Source of the DNA: Phoronis australis
Taxonomy: Eukaryota; Animalia; Phoronida
Direction of reading: 5' to 3'
Assembly (NCBI GenBank): GCA_002633005.1
Contig: NMRA01000197.1
Span: 68,055 to 132,054 of the forward strand
Length of the DNA stretch: 64,000 bases
Shown: in pieces, positions 26,388-37,500 of the stretch
Layout of the letters: every line of letters starts with the position of its first letter
How positions within the stretch are numbered: the first letter of the stretch is position 1
Program-made: the position numbers and the translations under genes
The notes under the pieces: generated by a model
Told to the model about the DNA's origin: nothing
Databases searched by the model: none
The model's input: only the letters and a program-made list of their open reading frames with translations

Positions 26388-29300
26388 TTAAGTCCATAAA
26401 ATCACTCGGATTACAGATGTCGCCAGTGAATTGCAATAAGCAAAAAGACTCCTAGTTGGACGTAGTATAATAAAACAGTGAGTCCAGCGCAAGCTATATC
26501 TTGCAAAACATCCAGGCCATACCTGCAAAGCAAGTCACTTCACCGAAATCAGCCTACGAGGCATTCTACCAATCAACCTGTGACAAATATTTCGCACAAC
26601 GAATTCTAAAGTGCCAAAGCAATTCTCCAACACGAGGAAACTCAATCGGCTTTCAGGAATCGTTGACCTCAACGTGTATTTATTCGACAAACTGCCGAAA
26701 ACGACCTCTCACGAGAGTGTTCTTTAGTCGTACTCAAGAGCTATTACACGATGGGCTTCGTAAGTCCGCTAAGAATCGCACTGACAGGCCACGGAAAAGC
26801 TATCCGTGCCCACTTGTTTGCCGTTGTAGGTTAAAACGTACTAGATATTCACTAAACCGACGATGACTAAAGCAGCATCAGTGAAGCCGGTGTTCCCAGT
26901 CATTCGAATCCACCACAGACATTCTTCGTGATTGTTGATAACGAGTTATCCAATAAAAACGAAAGAACCATTGAAGCAGATTTCCCAGCACGGCCCGTCT
27001 TACCATACTCGGTTTATTTTACAACTGACGCAAGGCAGCATGAACATTTTCCAAGAAAACGTCTACCCTGTGAATTTCAGGAATAAAATACCAAGCTCGT
27101 TCTCGAAACACTTCAGCATGGCAGTGTTCTCAAAGAACTGCACGCCAGTGCCCATTGGCAAAACAATTTTAACCGCCTTCTTTGTCAAGGCTTGTTACTG
27201 TTCGGCATTTGGTGCGAGCTACTGCGCTTAATTTCCACTATTAAGGGGCATGCGCTGTAGGCTTAGTACTGAGAATGGGTGCGACCTTTAGGACACTATA
27301 TGTTCAAACCAGGTTACAGGTTTTGTCTATCACTTGCAGACTCAGTAGCGTGAACATTATAGCAAGATCATCAAATTTCAGTAATAAGATATTGTAAGTA
27401 AATGTAGTGTGGTATGAAAAATGCACTGCGCCACAATCCAAAAATCGTTTCTTAAATGAGTGTTAAAGATTCTAGTGAAATTGTCCGAGTTTCTATGACT
27501 ATTCATTTTCCAAGCAATGTCAGCCGATGTTTTTTGTCGTTTATGTTATTTAGTTCTCCATTTTAATTCAAACCAAAGCCTATTTTGATTTCGGAACCAT
27601 CCAATCGAGCGCCACAAGCGAGTGTTTTTTCTGAAAATCGATGATGGAAATAAAGGCATTCTTTCGTAAAAAGTTATTTTTTCAACTCTAGGCATAACTG
27701 AACTACATATGCAAGACATTAGAACAATTTTCCATTTAGGGTGAGAATATGTTTGGTCACTCCACAGCAACTGGTATGAATAAAAACATTTTAAATGAAC
27801 ATAACATTTTCATCGTCGCAAACGCTAAAGTTAGATTTCATTCTAAAAGTTCAACTTGTTGGGTAAAACGCAGGAAGTTGAGTTCACAGTCTGACTTCAT
27901 CAGCGGCTTTTTCCTAACTGTCCCAAAACACTTTCTAAAACCCGGTTCATACAAATTTCTTGTTTTGAAGAGGGGTTCTTTCGAGGAAGCCCTTTTAGTG
28001 ACGTTGGCTTTGTAAATTTCCAAGACATTTTAACATAAGCCTACGATTTCCAACTGCGAAGCAAACGTAAGTTCTTAACTTATCTGGACGTAAACTAATG
28101 AGGATGCACACTGTAGGTCAGGCGCACTGAAGGAACATTGACAAAACTAGCCACTGCGTTCCGCGAGCCAAACAGTAGTGCGTATTTTTTAATGTTGGGG
28201 TACGTCAGAGCTTCGACTACAAGGATTGTTTTACTCGCGTATAAGCGCAATCCCTCAGCTGATTCCGAATATACATGTAGACGTAGCTTCGAATGTTGGG
28301 CCGATGCCTAAATACGGCATCGACAGTAAAAACAATAAAGTTGTGATGGAATTGTGTAAGACATTGTGGCATTTTAAACATCTTATAATGATTTACATTT
28401 TTGATACTTCAGTGACTTCCGCCTTTTATGAAAGACTAGTTAAATATCTTCATTCAGTTTTCAATTAGTTAGCCAGCTGGCATTCTGATGTCGGATATCG
28501 CAAGCTTCAATCCGTTGAAAATTGAAATTCACGAAGTTCTGAAAAGTTAATGTGGTCCGGAGAGTCGCCACTCTCCGAAATATCGGCCCTTTGGACTATC
28601 AAACCAAACTCCAAGAACATCAAATAAATATACGTGTACTGTACATGTAGGTCATCCAGTTACCCGTCGTCTGCCTGTATTCCCACAGTGAGGTCCAAAA
28701 CACTACCCATACTGCCTTGCGTGACCAGAAGCGCCGTCCTAGCGAATGATTTATGAACTGCTATCAACAAGAAGGTCTACTCCAACGAGGCCCTAGTTTC
28801 CATGAGTAGCAAGTCAACGTTAAGTACGTCGCCGTCACTTTCGTCACTCGGAGATACGGCACCATCAACTGCAATATTTGAAAAAAAAAAACATTTTAAA
28901 AAAATCAGTATCGTTCTACAACATTTTAGATGTCACTCACGTGTACTACTTGGGCTAATATTTTTTCCCACGGAGTACAACCAAGTGTGTAAATTCAGCT
29001 GTAGAGCATTTAGAACTCGAATTCAAAACATTAGAGATGTCAAGATACTGTACAAAAAATTAAGAATAACATTTTTGTCGTAAATAACAAAGATTAAGTT
29101 ACTACTGACAGAAATAAAGTTTAACATTCACTTTTATTATACCACAGACGTACTCAGCTTCTGATCGTCCCCAATACACTATATATAAATACTACAAGGT
29201 ATGACACTCGGGACTAAAAATTCCACGGGTGCTTCAGTTCAGCAGTGCATATCAAACATAAAACTTAATAACTTTACACAAAACAGGGGTTCAACAAACC

Positions 29301-30039
29301 ATTAGCAATTGTTCTTTCTTCTAATACCATTTAAGGTGTCCTGCTCTGGCGAGTTCATAACAAATTCGCGGTGAAAGCACAAAAATTTACTTTCTACTTT
29401 TTCACACGCGAATAGGGTTCAAGGTCAAGTACCGTACGGAATTATCTGATGAGTTACATACAGCCGGCAATTGCCGGTTCATCACGGAAGGTTACGAAAT
29501 GGTCTGCTAAGTGTGGAGTTATCGATGTCGTGACTTTCCGTGACAAATAGGCAATTTCCGTGTGAAAAAGAACTTAGTACGCATGAACTTCCTAACAACA
29601 ACAAAGACGACGCCCATTCCTTTCCTTCTTTTAAACATCTAACTAGCATCTTTTGTAATAAATATTCTCATACCGAGGGTGACATATATGGCTATTGTGT
29701 TCTCTACATTTATTGTTTAAGTCTATTATTGTATTTGTCATTTTTGCACTCATATTTTATTTGTATTTTGTTAATATTTCATATGCTAATGTTTTCAACC
29801 ATTTTTGTGTATCCATGTTCGCACCTTAATGGAAATAAGCTGTAATTCCTCCGCTATCCGAGTTTCCCACTTGTACTTTTATTGAATTTCATTGGTCTTG
29901 AACCTTTTCTAGGATTTCCTGTAGTTATTTGGGACAAATAAAACAACAATATTGGGAATTTCAGGGTCACAGCTCTACAAATGAATATTTCACATAAAGA
30001 ACCAGATGGGTTCCTTAATTACAAGAGACAACACACACA

Positions 30040-30235
30040 TTTACGATACCCAATGTGTAATTGAGTATCAGATACTAAGTGGCCCAGGTTAGCACAGTAC
30101 CAAATGGGTACATAATACCAAATGGGTATTGGCCAATTGCCTACCAAGTGGGTCGAGCAAAACGGCAAATTCAATAACAAGTACCAAATGGGTACAACTG
30201 CCAACTGCGCAAATATCATATAATAAAGTACCAAA
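30040..30235. repeat. Cluster of TACCAAATGGGTA motifs (probable MITE internal repeats)
   Basis: GTACCAAATGGGTA-like motif at ~30097, 30116, 30141, 30181 and 30228. Confidence 0.6.
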
Positions 30236-30349
30236 CATCAAACAGACAACTGAGCTATAACAACCTGCAAAGCAGGTTCCGGACAAGCTGAGTGAGCAGA
30301 CCAGCCGGAGTGATAAAAAGAGATATTGTAAGGAACGTGGTGTTGTGGC

Positions 30350-30720
30350 TCAGTATGTGCCACATGGGCAGGGTTGTTCATGGGTGAACAATCCTGTCCA
30401 CCGCCAAAACCCGCGTGGTGGCCGTGACCCTGGTAGAGGAGTTGCAGGAGTTGGGGGAAAAAGGTAGTCGGAAACAATGGGAAATCGACCGATGCCTTTC
30501 TCGGATTTTCCTCCATATTTGTTGAAGCTCAACCCCCCTCCAGAGTGCAGGCAAGACGTGTGGCTTGGGGCACATCACCCGAGGGACAGGTTGGATAGCT
30601 CACGATGGGCAGTACAGTACCGCTCCCAAAAAGGTCGCAACCCAGCCACACCCTGCGCGACCATAGAGCTGGAGTTGTGGTCGCTGTATATGACAGGCCC
30701 CTCCAATGTCGCCCTACCGC
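30350..30720 (-). pseudogene. Possible DIRS/Ngaro-type retrotransposon ORF1 remnant
   Basis: GC-richer block; minus-strand fragments YCTAHRELS..ATRLACTL..GLSFNKY..PRGFW..QPCPCG resemble the YD..FR and Cys-rich end of tyrosine-recombinase retroelement ORF1. Very degenerate. Confidence 0.3.
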
Positions 30721-30956
30721 ACCCACCTACTAGACGCAGCTATATCTTAAGTACAAGGGAAATTGCACTACATGGCAGTGCAGACACAAATATACCTGAA
30801 GGACCTGGGGTAGCTCCCACCCGAGCCTCGCATGTTACAGGGCCACCCAGCACTCCCCGCCGCGCGCCTAGCCAAGATGTTTTGAGATATGCTTGGAATT
30901 CTTGCGGCCATTTTCATAAAAGTGGTTAACAAAATCAAGTTTAAGACTTAAACCAG

Positions 30957-31107
30957 CCTCCCGTTCAGTAACGCTAGGACCTCACTAAAAAGCAAGACTT
31001 CGCGAAATTACGTGAGAATTTGCCGTGTATTTTTAATAAGAACACGTGACTTTGATTAGGTTTTAGCTAGGTCCTAGCGTAGGTCCTAGCGTCTACTGAA
31101 CGCACAC
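30957..31107. mobile_element. Small Harbinger-type MITE nested in the larger element
   Basis: TIR CGTTCAGTA.ACGCTAGGACCT / AGGTCCTAGCGTCTACTGAACG; 3 bp TSD CAG (30954-30956, 31108-31110). Confidence 0.65.
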
Positions 31108-31646
31108 CAGGTCTTCCTAACCCACGTCTAATTTTAGACCTAACATGCATTTAACCAACGTGGTTTAAAGTCTGAAAGCCAGGTTCTGTTAGACTGGAGA
31201 CTGTATTTAAGAAACAGGTTTAAAGTATCCAAGGTGTCCGGTTGTGTCAATCTGGATTAACTTAACGAAGAAAGTATTGAAGTTCTTCGATGGAACCTCA
31301 ATCATGTGAGACAAATAGCTCATGTGTACAGTAGCAGTATCAGTGTGGACATTTGCAGGTGTGTCTGTTACCAATAAAATGAGTCACAAATGTCTGAAAG
31401 ATTTTTTCATGATTAAAAGGTTTCCTCAAAGAACTAGATAGGGAATACATCAATGTTATAGAAAACGAGAAAACTGGCGGCAACTCAATGAGCGTAAGCA
31501 ACAGGCTTGGAGAGGTAATGGTCCAGACTAGCTGCACAGTTCCCACAGTTCTGAAATGAAGCAACAGGCAAGAAACACTTAAAAATGAAGGCCAGGAAGG
31601 AAATTACATTGGTGAAAAAGGTCGCGAAAAAAAACTTTGACGGACG

Positions 31647-31863
31647 CAGTGGCGGATCTAGGGTATCATGAGGGGGACCAACGTTTTTCGTTCTCTGGTA
31701 CCTGTGCCCAACAAACGTACACAAACTAAAGTACACGCCGACGATTAGGCGCAACATAATGAATACCCTAATTTAATTCCGTATAGTTTTTACTATTCAC
31801 TTTTTGCTGGCGGCCAAATGGGAGGGTAGAACCCCTGCCCGGTCGTCCTTAAATCCGCCACTG
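31647..31863. mobile_element. MITE with CAGTGGCGGAT termini (hAT-like)
   Basis: CAGTGGCGGATCTAGGG ... AAATCCGCCACTG; flanks GGACG / GGACC (imperfect 5 bp TSD). Confidence 0.65.
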
Positions 31864-32344
31864 GGACCAAAGGAGCTCAGGCAGAAGAATCAAAGATGAT
31901 GCCGTCTTTAGGCTCGCCCGTAACACTCACGACTGTGACGCCTTGCTCGATCAGTCTTATTCTGTGAAACCAGTCCGAATGACAATCTGCAACACGTTTC
32001 GGTCTACGTTTGAGTCCGTGTCGTAGTAAACATGAAAAATGAAAATAATACGTTCTCGTTCTAAATTAATTGAATCGGTGTCTTTCAGCTCCACGGTTGA
32101 GCACACTTTTATCGCGCAAGTCAGACATCAATTTAAGAGTGTCAAACCTGGGTCTGGACAGCTCTTTTAAGAGCTGGCTTAAAAGTTTAACCTGCTTTGA
32201 GATCTTAATACAGTTCTAAGGAATGTAATTCTCGTTGTTGAAATGAAAACCGGTGTAAACCAGGTCTCAAATTGGGTTAAACCAGGTTTTACAAGACCAC
32301 TGGTAATAACGCTAAGACACCTTTATTACGTGCAATCTGGTCTA

Positions 32345-33740
32345 AAGTTCCTTGCGGAAAAAGGCCTTCTATCGGAATCACAGTCTGGTTTCTGCATTCT
32401 ACTCTTATTTTAAACAATCACGCTACTGACATTATTTTTAACAATTTGGATCAGAGGAGGCTTACCGATGCTATTTTTGTTCACCTTAAGAAAGCCTTTG
32501 ACATTGTGGGCCATGTTATCCTATTACAGCAACTAGAGTCACATGGAGTTAACGATAACGAACTTCTTCGGTTTAAAACTGATACGACCTCAAACTGGCT
32601 ACCAAATACGGTAGCTTTCTTTCCAACTACTCAACCGTTGTCACTGGCGTATCTCAGGGTTCAATTCTGGGCCCTCTATTATTCACTTTTTTGCTAAAGA
32701 TCTCCCTACCGTCCTCCACAACAGTGTGTACTAGTTTTATACGCTGATGACATCGCAGTTATGTCCACAACTGGCTCAGTAAAAGAACTTGAAACTTCTC
32801 TCAATGATGAGATAGCCCTTATCTATGACTGGCTTTTTAAAAATAAACTCACTCTTAGCATTTTTGAAACCAAGTCTATGCTGTTGGAAACCCACCAGAA
32901 ATTAAAACAGCAGAAATTGTCTCTTTTTACCAACGGTTCCCCTAGTGAGTGTTCTTGGGCCTTATTTTAGGTTCCAAACTTATGTTTAATTTGTATGCAG
33001 ATCACATCACAAAAATTGTCGTGGTAAATCGGCGTACTTAACGTCTAGGTAAATTTCTTAATGTCAGCACTGTTAAGACACTTTACCTTTCTATTGTCCA
33101 CCCCCATATTGGTTACTGGTTTCCGGTTTGGGACATACGAGCGACAACCTCGTAAGCAAAGTCCAGGCAATCCATAACAGAGTCGTCAGGGCTACCCTGG
33201 GTACTAGAATTAGGGACACCCGGTTCAACGAATTGTATTCCAAGCTTGGATTTTTGAAAGTAAGACAAAGAAGTAAAAATCTCTCTGCCTGTTGCATGTA
33301 CAGACGTGTCAATGACTTGGCTCCAGCATATCTCAGCTGCAAATTCAGTAGCAGTCAAACTTTATATTCTACAAGTTCTTCCGTTGTTGGCAATGTTTGC
33401 TTAAAAATCAAAACCAAGACGGGCAAGGGATGTTTTATGTATGCTGCTACTGCAGTATGGAACTATCTTAGCCCAGATATTAAACGGCCCAATTCAGTTA
33501 ATGTCTTCAAATTTCATATTAAAAAGTGGCGGTAATTTATTTGCCAATTCTTACATCTGTATCTGTCTTAATTATGCCATTTTTCCAAACTGTAAATACA
33601 CTCAATACTTATTACCAACTTTGCATTTAATTTCCTGTCTAGTTTATTCATCCTTCGTCATTCAGTTATTTATAATCTAAATTCCCATCCTGTTTTGATT
33701 GACCTTATACTCCAGGCCATAGGCACACAGTACATATCTA

Positions 33741-33773
<33 letters not shown>

Positions 33774-33912
33774 CACTCATGCATTGTTTTACCACTTTAT
33801 TGTATCATATTGTACTGTATTGCATCCTGTTATTGAGGGCCCTCTTGGAAAGCAGTGCTGAGACTGAAGAGGCCACCCTCATTTTAACTATTATAATAAA
33901 TAAATAAATAAA
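32345..33912 (+). mobile_element. 5'-truncated L2/Crack/Daphne-type LINE (RT domain, frameshifted)
   Basis: LSESQSGF, AIFVHLKKAFDIVGH, GVSQGSILGPLLF, YADD, WLFKNKLTLS, APAYLS...FMYAATAVWNYL; 3' UTR with a (TA)n run at 33741-33773 and an (AATA)n tail ending at 33912. Confidence 0.85.
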
Positions 33913-34450
33913 ACAAGTCCACTTTAAATCAGGTTTAATTTTAAACCACCTGAATGAAATCGGCCGTTGCAGTCCAAATCAACGACCAACAGAGAAACAA
34001 ACAAGGAAAATCGCTGGCGAGTTACAAAAATATGCGGCACACCTCACAATGAAATGAAAATGCGCTCCAACGTACATTGTACGTAAAATAAACCCTAAGC
34101 AGAATAGAGCGAAAAAGAACCCAATTCACCTCCCTAGCGTGTTGTTAACATTTTCTTTTCTTTGTTAGGATCTGATGTGGAACATTAAACAGCCCATGAG
34201 ACTTATTCGGAAGCGCCTACCTTGACGACAAAACTCGTATAGTTTTATTCTTTTGCAAAAGACCTCCAGCAAAATCTTACACTGGCTAATCATGGAAAGA
34301 TTTCCTCATCGTCAGTTGTGGTATGAGTCAGACGACATTTAATTTACTGTATGAATATTTCACAATTTCATCCCTCTGTTTATTCAAACCCCAGTAGACC
34401 GAGCTAGGCGGCTCTGCAACATCAAGAATACTTCAGTGAGTTTTCAGAAG

Positions 34451-34517
34451 GTATGTGATTTCTAACTTTTGCATTTATTTTGAGAATATACTATAAAAGA
34501 CGTGTAATCTTTTTTAG
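34451..34517 (+). other. Candidate 67 nt spliceosomal GT-AG intron ending 2 nt before the NRPS ATG
   Basis: AAG|GTATGT donor at 34451; AT-rich body; TCTTTTTTAG|GT acceptor at 34517. Further candidate sites: acceptor TTTTCTTTTCTTTGTTAG ending 34168 and donor GTG|GTATGA at 34321. Confidence 0.6.
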
Positions 34518-34519
34518 GT

Positions 34520-37500
34520 ATGACCAGCGATGAAACAACAAAATCTAAAGATGCTACTATTGTTGGTGAGGACGACAATCATGGAGTCTTTACGATCAGC
34601 CAAAAACATTGCTCAGCAATATCTGACATTGTCTCACCTGCTGGCTACAACACAATAGAAGCGTTGGTATGTATTGCGTATGCTGTGCTCATCCGTTATG
34701 AAGGCGCCGATAAACCCCCCTCCATTGTCTTGGCGTTTGCTAGTCCTCTGCAGGATGAACAAGAATCTGACACCTCTTTGCATAATTACGACAAAAATAC
34801 TTCTGATGGCGAATATTCAACAGCTCTATTTCCTTGTGATGTCAATGGTCATATTTTGAACCTGCTTTTGTCTCAGCGTCTTGAGCTTGAAAAATGGCCT
34901 GTAGCGCTTTCTTATTTTAGGCGCAGCAGCCCAAACGTATACATGGCGTTCGATCTTCCGCGCGAGTTCAAGCGAAGCAGCCAAAGTAAGCAGTCTGCAA
35001 TTAAGATCAGCATGGTCCTTCAAATAAATGGGGATTATACATGTTCAGTGCATCAAAGCACAAGCTGCTGTAACAAACCGGTGACGAGATTTCAAGATCA
35101 TTTTCTATTGCTAGCTCAAGAAGTCATCGTCTCTAAAAATCTTAATCTATTCAGCGTCCCAATTCAAACGCAAGAAGAGAAGAAACTAATTTCTGAGTAC
35201 AACACGACCGATAAATATTACGAAAAGGGCGACTGGCTTATGCATGAACTTTTTGAAGAAAAAGTAAAACAACTTCCTGACGCAGTCGCTGTTTCTTGTG
35301 CTGATCAAATACTGACATACAAAGAACTAGATGAACAATCGAACAGGCTAAGTGCTAAAATACTGTCCAACATGGGAAGTGCATGTTCAAGTCGTTTGGT
35401 TGGAATAAGTGTTGATGCATCAATAGACATGGTGATAGGTATATACGCCATCATGAAAGCTGGTTTCGCCTACGTACCCCTTGATCCAAGCTACCCAGAA
35501 GACAGGCTGAGTTACATGATTGAAAATTCTAACGTTAGTCTTGTACTTGCCAAGAAATCAATTTCTGAAATATTGAGAAATTTTTGCAAAAATGTGCTTT
35601 GCCTTGAAGACGTATTGGTAGAATCTGCCAATGGAAAAGAACCTCAAAAACACATTGTCAATCCTGATGACCTGGCTTACGTTATATACACATCTGGCTC
35701 CACTGGGAAGCCAAAGGGTGTGATGGTGAGTCACCGAAATGCAGTTAACACTCTTCTGGACATCAACGATAGGTACTCTGTGACTGAAAAAGACAAAATT
35801 CTTTTGGTTGCATCACTAAGTTTTGATCTATCAGTTTATGACATCTTTGGCGTCTTAGCAGCAGGGGGTACAGTTGTCATTCCAGTTCCGGAAGTGCGGG
35901 GAGTTCCAGATCCCAGCTGTTGGATCGAAACTATGAAAAAGCATAATGTGACAATCTGGGACTCGGCACCAGCGGTCTTAAGTCTCCTAATGGAATTTCT
36001 TCTTTCCGAAGACGAAACGCTTCCTCTTTCCTTGCGATTATGTATACTGAGTGGTGACAGAATACCACTAAACCTCCCCACACATTTGCTGGAGATGGTT
36101 CCTAAAATTCAAGTTATGAGCCAGGGAGGAGCCACTGAGGGTTCAATATGGTCCATTTATTATCCAATCCAAACCGTTGACGACGATTGGACGACCATTC
36201 CATACGGCATGCCACTTTCCAATCAAAAGTACTACGTTTTGGATGAATTCCTTAATCCCGTACCAACTTTAGTTGTAGGAGAGTTGTTTATTGGGGGGAC
36301 AGGTGTTGCCATGGGATACATAAACAATGCTAAAATCACCGGCTATCGATTCTTGCCAAGTCCTTTTATCAAAGGAGAGCGAATCTATAAAACTGGTGAT
36401 CTAGGCAGACTGCATCCTGCAGGATACATTGAATTTTGTGGAAGAATTGACACTCAAGTTAAAATACGTGGTTTTCGAGTTGAGCTGTCTGAAATTGAAT
36501 CAGCTTTGGTTAACCAAGAAGGTGTTGCTGATGCGTTGGTCATGAAGGTCAAGGAAAAACTTGTCGCTTACGTCATTCCTGACCCAAATGTTCGTTTAAT
36601 GGAAGCGGACCTACAACAGAAAATTGCTGTTCAACTTCCATCATATATGGTTCCTGCGTTTTTTGTGTTCACGCATTCATTCCCCGTAACTGCTAATGGG
36701 AAAGTGGACCGCCAAGCGCTGTCTGAGGTAGACTTTGGTCAGAAAACCAACGACAACACAAACTCTCCTCTGCTTGAAAAGAGCTCAGGAACGAAAACAG
36801 CTTCGTTTACAGAAAGGGAATTCCTTCTTGCTGAAACATGGAGCAAAACGTTTAATGTAACTTTAGAAGAACTTTCACCTTCGTCATCTTTCTTTGAAAT
36901 TGGCGGTGATTCCATTTCTGCTATGACTGTAGTCGCTGAGTTTCGGAAGAAAGGCTTTAGGATATCGGTGCAGCAGGTTTTGGGTAACCCTAGGCTTTGT
37001 CAACTTGCCATGATAGCAAAACCAGTCCGGAGTGTTCAAAATGGCGAGGTGCAACATCACTCAACACCGTTTGTTCAACTTACTCCAGCCCAGATTTGGT
37101 TCTTTGCACATAAATTCAAAAACCCACATTTCTGGAACCAGTCGTTCCTTCTTCAACCAAAGAAACAAATTGAAGCATCCCAGCTGTCTTCAGCCTTAAC
37201 CAAACTGATAAGCCAACACGAAATGTTGAGGTGTACGTACTCTCAAACATCTGAAGGTAAATGGATACAGAAAATAAACGACATAACGACGCCATTTCTC
37301 AGAACTAAAACACTAGAGGACTTGGACATGCTAAACGAAGAATTAGACAAGTTAAAATCGTCTCTTAATATACACAAAGGCCCTCTATTGGCAGCTGGTC
37401 TATTTAATGTCGGCAATGTGCAAAGAATCTTTTTAACAGTTCATCATTTGGTTGTTGACCTTGTTTCATGGCGTATCATCCTAGAAGACCTGGAAAGAAT

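Larger units (their letters stand above)
30905..33966 (+). mobile_element. PIF/Harbinger-like element with nested insertions
   Basis: Imperfect TIR CGGCCATTTTCATAAAAGTGGTTAA / TTAAACCACCTGAATGAAATCGGCCG with 3 bp TSD TTG (30902-30904, 33967-33969); AAACCAGGTTT subterminal motifs; Myb/SANT-like remnant at 31421-31640 (FLKELDREYINVIENEKTGGNS..RKQQAW..KMKARKE). Confidence 0.65.

Noticed and set aside
26400-27300. Coding-like stretch after the Kolobok copy
   Set aside because: Stops in all frames examined and no family motif recognised.
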